Position numbers and translations under genes: made by a program. Below, piece by piece: positions 1 to 13,244 of a stretch of 64,000 bases of DNA (positions are counted from its first letter, which is position 1; each line of letters opens with the position of its first letter). Below the pieces are notes generated by a model. The model had not been told where the DNA came from. It made no database searches and worked only from the letters and a program-made list of their open reading frames with translations. Source of the DNA: Lophium mytilinum (lineage: Eukaryota); contig MU004181.1 in assembly GCA_010093605.1 (NCBI GenBank), positions 1,736,001 to 1,800,000 of the forward strand. Direction: 5' to 3'.

Positions 1-131
1 CACGCTGCGTACATATATTTAACGAATACACTTTTGAGAACATCTTCGACTATCACTTTCCACTTCCTACATACTATATACCTCCCAACCAACCCACGCC
101 CAGGAACCTAACCCAATTCAACCCGCCCACC

Positions 132-747
132 ATGCCAACCTGGGGCCGCGGCGGCGCTGGCAATATTGTCAGCGATGAGCAGGTGCAAGAAACCACACGT
201 CGAGTAGCTGAGGTTCGCTTCACCCCATACCTACTGGCCTAAACCATACTAAGAACCCAATCATCTAACCTATCACCCTACTTTCTAGGACCTCGAAGCC
301 AACCAACCCACCTCCATTCCCACCACAACCACCGCCGCACCCCCCTCCTACACAACCCAAGACTACGCCCATATGGGCCGCGGCGGCGCAGGCAACTGGT
401 TCGTCCCCGCCGACGAGCCCGCCGCCCCTCCCCCCTCGGAGACCGCCGATCCCACCCCCGCGCCGCAGACGACGGCGAAGCCGCAGGTCTCGAAGCCGTG
501 GACGCCGCCGAACACGGAGCTGCCGATCGCACGGGGCGGTAGGGGCGGCGCGGGGAATTTCGTGTGGGAGAGCGAGGAAGAGAAGCGGCGGAAGGCGGAG
601 GCAGAGGCGCGGCGGCGCGAGGGGGTGGAGCGGCGAGTGGTTGCGGATGTAGAGAAGGGGTTGAAGATGCCGGAGAGGGCGCGGTTAGGGGGTGGTGGGA
701 GTAGAAGTGGGGGAGAGCTTGAGGCGTCGGGGGTTTTGGGGTTGTGA
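132..747 (+). CDS. Small GRGGAGN-repeat protein (DUF3602-like); exons 132-212 and 289-747
   Basis: ATG132 MPTWGRGGAGN; GTTCGC...CTAAC...TAG intron 213-288 keeps frame with ORF 373..747; three GRGGAGN motifs. Confidence 0.8.
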
Positions 748-2310
748 GTTTGGGGACATCAAGACTGGAGGGTTACACCACCCCAATGTGCACCTTACCC
801 AACCCAACCTGCGCACATCATCCGGCGCCGCTGTGGCTGAGTTCGGCCTAAGTCCCCTCAGGTCTGCTCACCCTTGCTCTCCCACAATCGCAACACCATG
901 ATGTCCCCCTCCTCTATTGATACCACCACGGCTAGTCCCCATCCTTCTTTCCCTCCAATCCAATTTTTCTTTTTCCCGACCTTCTCAATCACGCCTACAA
1001 CACTCTGGATAGTCTCCTTCAGCTTCAGCGGATCATTTCTCTTCTTTTGAATAAAAATTATCAACTTTATTCCCGTGATACTACTCTTATTCCCAAATTC
1101 CGTATCCCACTGAGCGAATAGTTGAACTCTAGGTTTCATTTCGTCGACAAAGCCAGACGGATAGATTCGACGGAGCAGGAGCGCAACTTTACCATACATC
1201 CTTAGCCACCAGGATTTATTGCAGATAGGACTTGAACCTGGCCTCTCGTGGAGGAAGCTCACCCCCATAGCTTTCCGCGAGCATCAGCGCGAGTAGAGCG
1301 CGGTCCGTTGCTTGAAGAATAAGCGAAACGTTAGTTACTCCCCAGAAAGTTCTGTAAGGTAACAACGAAAGCAGTCTTTATACACCTGCCCATGTCAACT
1401 ACTGCCCGCAAGTACTGTGCGTTATTCTGAGAATTCCGGCGGGGATCATCAGACGCATAACCCAATTGCGTCTGATGCTTGGGGAAGTCGTAGGCACCAC
1501 CCATCGTGAAGAAGATGAAAGTTTAGAGCTTGAATCAACGAGAGCGTAAGGTCGAACCTTAGTCTTAAACTTTCACCTGCTTTCCATCATAGATTCTCAG
1601 TCGGGGATGGAGCGTTTGTTACTATGCACTAAGGTGGGCTAGGTCATGTTCTTGACCGCAGCTCATCACCAGGTGCATTAAATTCTTACAAAGCTATTTG
1701 CATGAATATTTCTGCGGGCGACGGGAGCGTTCTAGGCTCATGATAGCTTTTCTGGGCTTGGAAAGGGGACAATGGTGAGGCAATGCATTGGAGGAGGCTT
1801 TTTAGCTGCATTAGGAAATGCGTAGACACAAACTCGGCTATATTGATTCGCGAAAGCTAAGCGTTGCTATTCATACTTCGCCTCCGCGCAGCGCCAAGTC
1901 AATCCATGATAGGTTATAGGAATTGATCCGATTCGCCTTCTTATGATTGCGTTAGTTAAGGTTCCAGAGTGCGGGGTACATACAAGTAGGGACGCAGAAT
2001 GTGAGCTGACTTCTGATCGTAATTTCATATGCTAGGGCTAGACAAAAACAAAGAAAGGGTGCAACAACTTTGACTTCAGCCATCAGGGTGCGGGGTACGG
2101 AGCTAGTCCAGGATCGTATGAGTAAATAGTGCGGTCCAAAAAAGACGGGGCCTGGATGACATGCACTGTACTTTTAGGAAATGAAACTGCTTGGGTGCAC
2201 ATTGAGGTAGTGTACTACCTGTTTCTTGGGTCTGTTTGAGGGCGGGGGAGTTTGGGATACCCAAGCGGGAGGGAGGTATCTATATGTCTAAGTTTTCTAT
2301 AGGTATGTGG

Positions 2311-3870
2311 CTATGCGTTTGTGTCTAGGACTCCTGAGGACTGGACTATGGAGGCTGGCCACGATTTCATGGGGCTGACGGCGTCTGCGCGCTCTAGTGA
2401 TGACTCGACTAGGGACCAGAAGTCTCCTACTTTCAATGTTCTGGGAATCCGCACGCCGCCTTCTCCTGCCTTGACTAGCACTGCTTTCGTGCGTCCGAGC
2501 TGTCCTACTGCGGCTTTATCGTCTGTATGCACGCCTTCGGTTACAACCTCCACCGAGAATCTTTCACCACCCGCATCGTCAAACATGTCTGGATACAACG
2601 CCGCTGCTACAGTGAGCGGATCATGGAGAGGCGGCCCAGCGGTGAGTGCGAAGACTTCGGCGTAGGTGTGGGCGAAGAAGACAAGGATTTGGGTAAAGAG
2701 GGCGCGGAGAGCGGTTGGGTAAGTCTTGGAAGAAGGGGGAGAGGGGCCGTAGAGGAGAGTGTGGCGGATGGACGCCGTGGCGAGGACTTGGTGGGTTAGG
2801 TCCAGGGGGATGAGGACTGTTTTGGGCGCCAGGGTGGGATTGGTGAAGATGGAGGCGGCGGCTTCGGGGTCACACTGTTGGGGAGTGTTAGGAGGAGTGA
2901 TGGGAGTGTTTCATGCGAAAGGGGAGCTCAATAGAGACTTACGTATATCTGTGGAGTGGTTAGCTGTTGTTCTAAAAGTGTGTTGCTCATTAATCATGAG
3001 AAGCACTTTGGAAGGGTGTTTTCAGGGTAAAATCTCGTAGTTTTGAGGCTAGCAGACCTAGTACGTACATTAAACTCCGCATAAGGTGTCCAATTCCCAA
3101 AACGCTCGCCCTCGCCCTTGACGGTGCCCATTGGGGCGTCACTGAAACCACCTCCGATTGCACCGCCCATGATGCTCAGGCCCTTGATGTGTTCGGCTAG
3201 GTCAGGGTATCTTTGGAACAGAAGTCCGATGTTTGTCAAAGTGCCGGTGGAAATAAGCCATGCGGTGTGCACAGGCGTGGCTATCAGAGCACTGTACATC
3301 TTTTCCAAAAAGTCGACATTATCGGCCGCGGGCTGCACAGGCTGTACGGGTTCCGGAAGGAGAGTCACGCCGTCTAGCCCAGACTCGCCTGTGATTGCTT
3401 AGAAGGGTCGGAAGGGTGGACTCAAGTGGCAAACAACCTACCATGAATGTCGGCCGCATGAACAACTTCTCTTGATATGGGCTTTGCGGAGCCGGGGTAC
3501 ACTACAATATCGCGTCGACCTATGGCTTCGAGAATGCCCCTAGTGTTGTAGGTTGTGTTTGGTAAAGACGCGTTCCTATTGTGCGCATCTTAATACGTCG
3601 GGCCTAGAACCTACATAAAAGTGAGTGACTCACCCGTGAACCGTAGTGACGCCTAAAAGCTTTGCGTTTGGGTCGTGAGCAGCTATGAGAAGGGCGAAGG
3701 CATCCTGGGGAGACACTGGATGAGCCATATGGAGTTGATTAGGTAGAAGTGTATTGGCCTACATCGTGTCCTATAGTAGGTCTATCAGTCTTACATTTAC
3801 CATTTGTGGGAGAGGGTGTAGACTAACCTGTATCAACATCGAGCCAAAGAGGGACTGGATCCGAAGCCAT
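2311..3870 (-). CDS. URH1: Inosine/uridine-preferring nucleoside hydrolase (URH1-like), multi-exon, including 8-nt and 6-nt micro-exons
   Basis: Spliced N-terminus MASDPVPLWLDVDTGHDDAFA (DxDxGxDD motif); TVHGN, HGESGLDG, GTLTN, IMGG and AEFNIYCDPEAA motifs; C-terminus in ORF 2311..2598. Confidence 0.9.
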
Positions 3871-4197
3871 TGTGTCTACTTCTATTTCGAAACTGTCCAG
3901 CTATTATTTTGAGATGGAAGAACTTCAAAAGATGTAAGAAATGCTCAAATAACCTGCAAAGCTTATCTAAGGATCAGTTCTTGCTGTGAGTGAAAGACCC
4001 AAAAGTTTCCAAAGGTGGGATGTTGTCGAGAGATAGTCTTGGCATCAGCGAAACTGAAACTCCCGCAGGTCGAAATCCAGGTACGGGCGGCATGTTCCGC
4101 TCCGATACCCGGATACCAGGCCGATTCAGACGCATGGATCATTTCCCACTCGCGTTGACTGCTTTGTATACATTGATGGTTGTCAACATTGTGAACG

Positions 4198-4223
4198 TTA
4201 GTCGACCTTATTAGTCGACCTTA
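4198..4223. repeat. Perfect 13-bp tandem duplication (TTAGTCGACCTTA)x2
   Basis: Seen directly in the URH1 / ferric reductase divergent intergenic region. Confidence 0.9.
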
Positions 4224-4417
4224 GGGTCCCGCATTCGTCCTACGAAGTACCACTCGCCATTTCGGCGCATTGTTGGTGCCGACAACACCTCGTGCTTACA
4301 TCATCCTACTTCTTCAACTCCAACGTGGCCACGTCCTCTCGAATGGGTGATGAAAGTTAGAGTTACAAGCAACTAAAGCAATCGAAACCACTCTCCAGTC
4401 TCGCCGTGGAATAAACC

Positions 4418-6364
4418 ATGGCTTTCGGATACAGCTTCGTGAACCTATCAGAGGCCGAGAAATCGCAGAGACGGGAACTGCTGGACCTATATGCAGCCAC
4501 TGCACAATGGTCTATCCTGATCGTCTTCGCCGTCTTCCAATTATCCTTTCTTCTGTCTTGGATGCTCGAGCCCCGTGCGGAAGAACGTCCCAAATCGCCT
4601 TTTGGGCGACCGCCAAAACTTAAGGGGCCAGGGTGGATAGCAAAGGCTCAGCATCTTCCTCGGAGCTTTTCTTGGTGGGCTGCGGCACCTGTGGCTGAAG
4701 GTTGGGGAACTAGAGCAGAATGGATAGCAGGTTTGGTATGGACTGCCTGGCTACTATTTTTATCTTTCTATCAGACGGGCAATGGTAAGTAATGTCTTTC
4801 ATTAGTCTCAATTTGGGCCAAACCCCCGCTACTCTTGGAGAAGCCACTCCAAGTATCTATCATTGGCTCCTTTGCGCAGCCAAAGAGTCGTTCTGAAGTT
4901 GCATCACGGTTTCTGCACCCGCTCTGGGGCTTGTGGAGTCTTCCCTCAGTATGAAAGTGTCTTGACCATCTCTCAGATTACTTGCACCTTACAAAGCGTT
5001 TCGGAATTGTAGGCGCTTCACAGCTACCGCTTCACTATCTCTTGGCGATCAGGTCTAGATACTCTCCTCCCCAGTTGCTCACGAGGCTGTCTCACGAGCA
5101 AATAAAGACCGCACACCAAATTCTTGGTCGCATAATCACCTTCATGTTCATTCTGCATGCTAGTTTCTACCTGAACTTCTTCGTCATGTCGGGATTTCTC
5201 CAAAAGCGCATCAAAGATCTCGATGTTATTTTCGGGGTCGTAAGCATCATTATGTTCATGGCCATGAACACGACGGCTTTGAGTATTGTTCGTAAGTGGA
5301 GCTACAAGGTGTTTTATACAATGCACATCGTCTTTGCCAGCCTCCTTATCATCCCGCTCTACTTCCACGTTCACCATATCCGGAAGTACGTCTTAGAAGT
5401 GTGTGTTATCATCGTTCTGAACCAAGTGCTTCGCGCTTACAGCCTCCGAACTTACTCGGGCACAATCAGCATGATCCCAGGAACCAATCTCGTCCAGGTT
5501 AGGGTCCCACTGATATCCCCGAACAAGGAGACGAAGTGGAGACCAGGACAACACGTATATTTAAGCCGTCCAACCGGTGCACCAACCTCTTTTGGAGTTT
5601 ATGAGATGTTTGTGTTGCGGAATCAAACGAATCCTTTCACCATTGCTTCGCTTGCGGAGCAGGATAAGCACCTCCTTCTGGTAGCGCGGACTTTGAATGG
5701 AAATACGAAGCAACTCGCAAAATTGGCTCGATCGCTACACTCTCAGGATGGGGTGGAGGTACCGAGCATTCCAATCGCACTCGAGGGCCCGTATGGAAGC
5801 ACATCACGGCTCCCAGACCTTACCAAATTCGATCGTGTGCTGCTTGTCGCGGGTGGTGTCGGAGCGACGTTCATCGTACCAATATATCGCAGCCTCGTCG
5901 AGCACGAAGGCCATTCTTTCCGAAATTCTCAGCCCCGGTTCGTGTGGGCTGTACGAAAGTTCGCGGAGACTCAGTGGGCCTTCCCCGCGTCCCGTGGCGA
6001 AGAAGACGCCGAATTTGGATCTGAAGGGGTCCAAACCGATAATGAAGTTGAAGTCTGCGTAACCCAGCCGTCTGGGTCAGATCTGCAGGGCGAGAATGCA
6101 GATGATGGGATGGAGCTCGCGGAAGCCGAGCACCTTATCCCGTTTGAGGAAGAGATGGAGAAGCCGAGAAAGGGTATGGTTCTTCGTGCTGGCCGGCCTG
6201 ATGTCCACGCGATTGTTGATGAGGTCTTCACTACTTCTGCTGGGAGTGTGGCAGTGATTACGTGTGGGCCAAGGGGAATGACGAAACAATTGAGGGAGAG
6301 CGTTGGGAGGTGGGTGAGGCAGGGCCGAGAGGTTTATTGGCATAATGAGACATTTGGGTGGTGA
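4418..6364 (+). CDS. Ferric reductase-like transmembrane oxidoreductase (FRE/NOX family, AIM14-like); intron 4785-4976
   Basis: Splicing gives DYLHLTKRFG; heme-ligand His in HQILGR/LH and MH/FH; NPFT FAD motif; EGPYG, LVAGGVG, TCGP and HNETFGW NAD(P)H-domain motifs. Confidence 0.9.
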
Positions 6365-7825
6365 AGACATGGAGACCGGTGTCCATACATGACTCCGAAC
6401 AGTCAAATAGAAACACTGTTAAGAGGAGGGTATAGAGGCACAGTGTACAGAATGCGTCGACGGCCATTTAGTCTCATTCGTATACAACGAGGGTTTAGAC
6501 TACATTCTCAAAATTATCACTCTTGTGAGAAATTCTACAAGCACATCACAGGGTGTTCGATCGACGTGCTCTTTGTTGAATCTCGCCGCAGGTTACGAAG
6601 CTTACCTACCTTTGGGAGACGAGATGAAGATCTCATCGACGGCTTGCTTTAGCTCTGGCGTTCAGTCCGCCGCTTGGTCTTTCCGCGAGCGGAGCATGGA
6701 GCCGACAAGTCAGTCTGGCCTTGGTGGCGCAGTCACATTGAGGCTCGGTAGGCGTTTGACATCCAGATCCACCTGTCACTGTCTGCGGCGCGCAAGCCAT
6801 GTCTTGCCAACAAACTCACCATGACATGCGAAAGGGACTGTTCACTTCCATCCACCCCCTGGTATCAGTGACGCAATTGTGGGCAACTCAATCGATAGCT
6901 TGCAGATGGCGGATGCAATACAGAGAGTCACCGCGGACTGTTACTAGTCGATATCAGGACGGCTATACCCGATACCGTACAGGGAAGCTGGCGAATGGTA
7001 CAGTGACCAGGGATGCGCCAGCAGGATCTAACGGTTATCATGGTCGTCTCGGGAGATAGAATACGTGTGAAACATTGAGGTTGATGCTTAGAGAGGACTT
7101 TTCAGGGGTAAAACAGCCCAACATGGCCGCCACCAAGGCGACAAGTGTGGTTTGCGGCGACGTTCTCAGGCTCCCCAGCGTGCTGCCACCGTTCCGTGCC
7201 CTCAGCACCCGTTAGTGCTCCTGGTTTCGGACGGACTGCCCGAGCGTGCTGAAATTGCTGCACAGACCGGCTCCAATCACCAGCACTGGCCGTGAGAGAC
7301 AGGCGACGGCTGCAGGCCTCCTCAGCAAACACACCCACGTCGCGCTGCCTCTCCAGCTCAACTCCTCCACGAATTGGCCACCGGAGCGGCGCTCTTGCCC
7401 CAGTCGCAGACTTTACATTCACCTCGCGCCGGCCATTGGCTCCCGACCCGTGCCCTCGCTTGCTCCGCTGCCGCCGTTGCATCTTGCAGGGGATCGAACC
7501 GCATGCTGCGTCTGTCACGACTCCAACACCGCCCGCTGCACCTCCATCGCTACCCCGGATGGCAGTGCTCTTACGCCCGCATCCTTAATCATCGTCTCCG
7601 AAGCCTTGTTCATCCACCACGCGCACCGCCACGGACGGACCCGTCTTCACATCAAACGCAACCGCAGCTCCTGGAGACCCGCGCCGCGTTCAAGCTTCAT
7701 CACCAACCGCAATTAACTCCATACAGCTTCGCTACCACCGTGGGACTACCTTTACGCTCTTTGCTAGTCCGCTGAGCAAAGCGATTTGAGCCCAGCAGCA
7801 GTTACCGGGGATCGTCGCGTGTCTG

Positions 7826-9702
7826 ATGGCTGTGGTTTCCCCCCCCCGGCCGCAAACACTCACTCCTCCGAGCAGCTCGCATGGTGGGCGTGGGCAATGG
7901 GATTTTGCCGTGCCTCTTAGCAGCGAGGTATGTCGGGTTGAAGTTCGCGGGATTACTTCGCTCCCTAGACCTGTTGCACTCCACTCCACTTTGTCCACCT
8001 TCATTGCGTCATTCAACCAGACTACTTCAACGGTCGAACCTTGAAAGACCCTGTACTAACAAGTTCCGAATAGCCTGAGAACTCCGCAGTCCCTGACCCA
8101 AAGCCTTTCATGTCTGAAGACGCCGCTGCGAAGCCTTTTGCCCATTCTTCCCGTCAGCCCCTCGCCAATGGCACAAACAAGCCCCCTCCCCAACAGCGCA
8201 CAAATACCTTCGATTCACAACGCTCGTCCAAGTCAAACCAGCTCGAGGAGCCGGAACACTTGGTGCCGAGCAGAGTTGGCTTACTACAACGGAAGACCAG
8301 CGACATTAGTGCTACCAGTGACGCAGACAGCCTGCTAGATTATTACAAGCAGCCCCAGAGTAGGGCCATGAGCAGAAACCCTTCGCAAAGTGTGGGGAAT
8401 GGAGACAAGAGGAAGCCCAGCTTGGGCGCTTCGGCCGACTTGGAAAAGGACGCTTCGTACTGGATTCACCGAGACAAACTGGCACAAATTGAGAGAATTG
8501 AGCTGGAGGCAGCGGGATATCGCGTGGGACGTGCGAGCCGGTCTGGCAGCAGATCAGCTAGCACGACCAGACCAGCGCGAGAACGCAGTTCCTCAGATCA
8601 GCACCGCGAAAGTCAAGGAAACGGAGACGACCGGCCCACCAACCATCAGGAGAAGAAGCAACGTACTGTATCACCTATACCGGCAGAAGAGGAGGATGTG
8701 GATGAGGGGCCAACGACCTGGGATATTCGTACTCCCGAAGAAATTGCTGCGGAGCAAGAGAAGGAGAACATGACACCGCGTCACACACTACGCCCGAGCA
8801 ATTCGCGAATACCGGTCGCGAAGACGAGCCCTGTTCCTGTGCCCTTCACATTTGTCGAACGAGACTCGCCATTGCCCAGGAGCCGAAAGGGAAGCAATGC
8901 ATGGAGTGGAGACGCAATTGCTGTCAACGGCGCCCGGGCTAGAAGCGGCAGCATTGGATCACAGGTTTTGTTAGACGACACGGAAAACATCGAGGATGCT
9001 CGTACGCCCGTACGCCCAGAAGCCAACTATTCTGCATCGCCCGCTGAATCTCCACCAAAAGCAAAAGTACCTGGAAAAAACAATCTCACAGCGGGAAACC
9101 GAAAAGTTAGTGCAGCCCGGGGCACTTCTCAGAAACCACGCACTGCATCTACAACTACTTCACCGGTAAAACGTCCTGGAACTAGCTCAGGAGCTTCCAG
9201 ACCGACAACGAGCCATACTAGACCTGAAGGACAGGCGCCTTGGCTTGCGACCATGTACAAACCAGATCCTAGATTACCTCCAGACCAGCAGATAATTCCC
9301 ACACATGCCAAGCGAATGCAGCAAGAGCAGTGGGAGACTGAAGGACGGGTTGGATCGATGTACGACCGGGAGTTCAACATGCTGAACACCGAAGAGTTCA
9401 ACAAACCCGAGAGATATTCAAGGGACCTTCAGCCCTTCGAGAAGAAGGAGGATGACAACGAACAGTGGCCGCTTCCAAGTCCAACGAAGGTTGAGGGTGC
9501 TAACGGCAGGCCTGGTACTAGCAACGGAGAGCAAGGAAATTACAAGCTCACACCCCGGATAGCAAGCCCTCAACTGCACTCACAGCGGAACTCGGTGACC
9601 CGCAACGCCACGTCACCTAAGCCAGCCGAACCAATTCGAATCCAAGAACCCCCCGAAGAAACAAAAGAGAAGAAGGGCTGTGGTTGCTGCATCGTTATGT
9701 AG
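7826..9702 (+). CDS. teaR: Cell-end marker receptor TeaR (Mod5-like), prenylated; exon 1 7826-7927, exon 2 8074-9702
   Basis: GTATGT...TACTAAC...TAG intron keeps frame; WIHRDKLAQIE and PWLATMYKPDPRLPPDQQIIPTHAKR blocks; C-terminal CaaX CCIVM. Confidence 0.8.
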
Positions 9703-10659
9703 CGTTCTGTCTTATACCCCAATTCCATTTATTTTCCAGACTCAAAAGACGCATGGCTTTCAGGCAAGGTGACTTCGAGCAAACAATTCTGTACAACGGG
9801 CCTTGCCAATCTCATTTGTTCCGGTTTAAGGGCGTTTTCGGGGTTGAGCTAGGGTTTGCTCATACATCTTTGGCACACGCCTTATCTTGCTTCATTAGGG
9901 TTGATAGCGTATAGCGGCTTGGTGTTTTCTCGAGTGCAAGTTCATTCCCTGCCTGCCAGCTACCCGAGATTCCTTTTCTAGTCATTGCCGGGCCCTTCTT
10001 GTCTGTTGATGAGGGCCAGCCTAGCCTCTACTCCTCGCTTTTCAGAGGATCAGATTTCTCTTCCTGTTTGTGTTTTACTGGGCGATATCCGCCAATGTCG
10101 GCTTGTTTGTTTGTTGGACTGCTTCTTACTACGGATGGTGAAGTGGTGTTGAGGGGTTCTAGGTTCGTCGCAAGCGGGTCGCTGCGGCCAGAGTGGATAG
10201 TTTAGTGCCAGACAGAATGTGATTTATCAAGAGTTTCGAACGAACCAGCTCCATCTCTTTGCCTGTGAATGACTGCTGTGCCGGGTATTTCAGTGAGTAG
10301 GAGGCACCGTCGACAGTGCAGAGTAATGGTATCACGGAATAAGATGATGGTGACCTTAGATAGTGGTAAGTAGTAGTGTAGAGGTTTTCGTCCTGCGCTG
10401 TGAGCAAGACCCTGCATTTCCTGGGCAGCATGGTCTTCACACTCCATATGCACCCATAGATAGGCGAGAGACTAGTCTCATCCCTGATATTCTGAAACCA
10501 TGTGGATGTCGGAGAGAACCACGTGACGCCAAGACTTCTCTCGCTTCTGACGCACAGAAATTGGTGGCAGGCCAAAGCCTCCGACATCTCCTCCCTCTCC
10601 AATTTCAACCCAACACAACTCTTTGAGGACAGCCGACATCAGCCACTACACAAGTCAAA

Positions 10660-11319
10660 ATGGTACGTCTCCAAACCGTCTCACCCGAATCCTAGGCTCT
10701 CCCCTCAATTTCCATCTACACCCCCGCAATGCCTCTCACCTTCGAACCATACCTAACACCCCCTCCCAGTCGGACGGAGAAGAGCCCACCTCCCCCATCG
10801 CCGAAGAGACCGCCGAGGTCGAAGTCAGCGCCGATGCCTCCGCAGGCAAGGGCCAGATGTCGGTGCTCGAAGCGCTCAAGGGCGTGCTGAAGCTCGCGCT
10901 GATCCACGACGGGCTGGCGCGCGGCCTGCGCGAAGCGTCCAAGGCGCTGGACCGGCGCCAGGCGCACATGTGCGTGCTTAACGAGGCATGCGAGGAGGAG
11001 GCCTACAAGAAGCTGGTCGTAGCGCTGTGCTCGGAGCACAAGATTCCGCTGATCAAGGTGCCGGATGGGAAGCAGTTGGGCGAGTGGGCGGGTTTGTGTA
11101 AGTGCTGCAATCTTTCTTTTTGGAGGGAGGCGGGGACGATTAGAATTCAGAATGGGAGTTTCTGAGGTTGGATTGGGGCTAATGGACTGTGCAGGCCAGA
11201 TCGATCGTGAGGGCAACGCCCGCAAGGTCGTCAACTGCTCGTGCGTTGTCGTCAAGGATTGGGGTGAAGAGTCCCAGGAGCGCAGCATCCTCCTCAACTA
11301 CTTCCAGACCGAGCAATAG
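10660..11319 (+). CDS. RPS12: 40S ribosomal protein S12 (eS12); exons 10660-10662 (ATG only), 10770-11097, 11195-11319
   Basis: [27 protein letters not shown]...[34 protein letters not shown]. Confidence 0.97.
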
Positions 11320-11628
11320 ATGCAAATCGACTCGCGCGCCTCGATTACCGGCTCTCCAGCACGTTTACGACCTCCGACTGTTCCTACGATGGACGAATTG
11401 AGGATGGACGAGTTGGCGGAAGGAAGTGGGGGCAAGAGGGAAGAAGCATGGACAAATGAAAACCCTCAACATGGATGCATAGAGCTGGCTTTTATCTAGA
11501 CGATCTAGCCAAATCAAAGCCAATCGACATGTTAGTCTCACTGCCGTCTGCAGTCATTGGAAGTGGAACGAACGGAAAGATGCCTCTAAAGGCCCATCCC
11601 GTTTGCTATGCGGGAATGCTACGTGAAC

Positions 11629-12987
11629 TCACTCCAATCTAAAGCAGTCGTCCCCCTTGTTCTCCGGCCATCCCTTCAAAGGTCCATCTTGCCCCTTAAC
11701 ATCCGCTTTCACAGCACTCCGCCAATCCAGCAAATCTAAATTCTTCGCATCCTGATATTGCAATGCCCTCCCGATCCCCAACAATGCAGGAACTGCCAAC
11801 ACCGCCGCCAAATCAGCTACTGCTTTCCACGTGGATTTCCTACATATTCTACTAGCTCCACGTGGGTCATACTGTTTACGACCCTGGAGTACACCACCGA
11901 TCAATGTCTCCTGAAATTTCGGCGTATACACCGCGCTGATATTAGACGGGACGGGCGTCTGGGACGGCTCAACGCTGCGTCGTGAATATGCGAACTCTTG
12001 GTTCACAGGGCGCACTTCGAAGGGCTGGAATCTATATCCTGAACCTCCGGTTTCCCATCTTGAGGTCATTTCAGGGGTAATGCCAGCCATGCGCCCCGAG
12101 GGCCCGAATGCGCGGGTGATGGCAGACGGCACATGATGGGAAGCTGGGAGAACAAGAGTCGAGAGGTAGGCATTACGCGGTGAGACGAGGAGAGACGTCA
12201 CGGAGGAAAGAAGAGATGTTGTCTGTGCCAGAGCAAGCTTGTCGGTGCAAGACTTGCTGAGAGTGGGCGGAGCATCAGTGCGTGACGGCTTGAAGCGGAC
12301 ATGGCCAAGTAGTGAAAAGTTGGCGCGTCCACGAAGGCCAGTGGGAGGATGTTCTAGATCCTGCGAAGATGGGGGAGGTACGGGCCAAGGAGTTGCGTCG
12401 TCCTGGGCGTCCATGACGAGCTCCATACTGGCATCTCCGCAGGGCGCTTCGGAGCTGTACATGTGAATCTGCACGCTCTCTTTGAAGGTGAAGGGTTGGT
12501 GCTCCGCTCTCGTGATCTCGGCCTCTTCACGGTGGCGGAGGAAGGCTGATGAACGGAGGCCAGAAGCCGCGAGGTCGGCGCATTCTTCGACGAGGTAGCG
12601 GTTGAAGGCGCGAATGGCTACGATTTCGGCGTGCCAATCGTGCAGAATATTACCATGGGCGAGAGGTAGTTTGGAAGAGGGAAGGCATTTCATGCCCGTC
12701 CTGTTGCATCGTGAGCATGACTGTCTGGCTGGATACTGTGTCTAAGAAGTGCCGAGTTGCGTACCCTAAAGAAGCACATGTCAAGGCCCCGCCGTCTTCA
12801 CTAGGCGATTGGTGAGCAATTGCCACTTCAAGGAGCGTCGTAAGAGGTGGAGTATACCGTCAGACAGCACTATGCCGCTCAGAGGAACCCATTCACGCGT
12901 GCCGTCGCCGCGTCGCCGGGGCTTGCGCTTCGCAGGCAGGGCAGCAAACGCGGCCAACACGCAGGCGGCAATGGCATCAGCAGACAT
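11629..12987 (-). CDS. TAD1: tRNA-specific adenosine deaminase 1 (A37; ADAT1/Tad1), 3 exons
   Basis: Spliced LTCASLGTGMKC; zinc motifs HDWHAE, PCGDASM, SKSCTDK; no dsRBD. Confidence 0.92.
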
Positions 12988-13244
12988 GGAGAAAGCTGCT
13001 CTTGTGCCGGGGAAGGTTGCATCACAGCATCGACATTGGTGTTGTTCACTGATAAGTGGCTCGCATCAAGTTAGAATGCTTCGGATCGAGTCCAAGCTCC
13101 TATCCCCGCGACCTCCGTCATTGTTGGGTAGGTTTGCCTGCACACCTGCCACACATTCACCCCGGATCCGGACGTCGCAACCCAGGTGCAACCGGCCTCC
13201 ACTTCACTGGCTATTTGTACTTCTGAGATTCCTCGTCTTCCACC

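Noticed and set aside
7102..7800. Several overlapping 100-150 aa ORFs upstream of teaR
   Set aside because: GC-rich leader/promoter sequence; translations are low-complexity with no family motifs
11629..12987. ADAR-like mRNA editor linked to the nearby premature stop codons
   Set aside because: The protein is a standard dsRBD-less Tad1/ADAT1; fungal mRNA A-to-I editing is attributed to Tad2/Tad3, so proximity is not evidence
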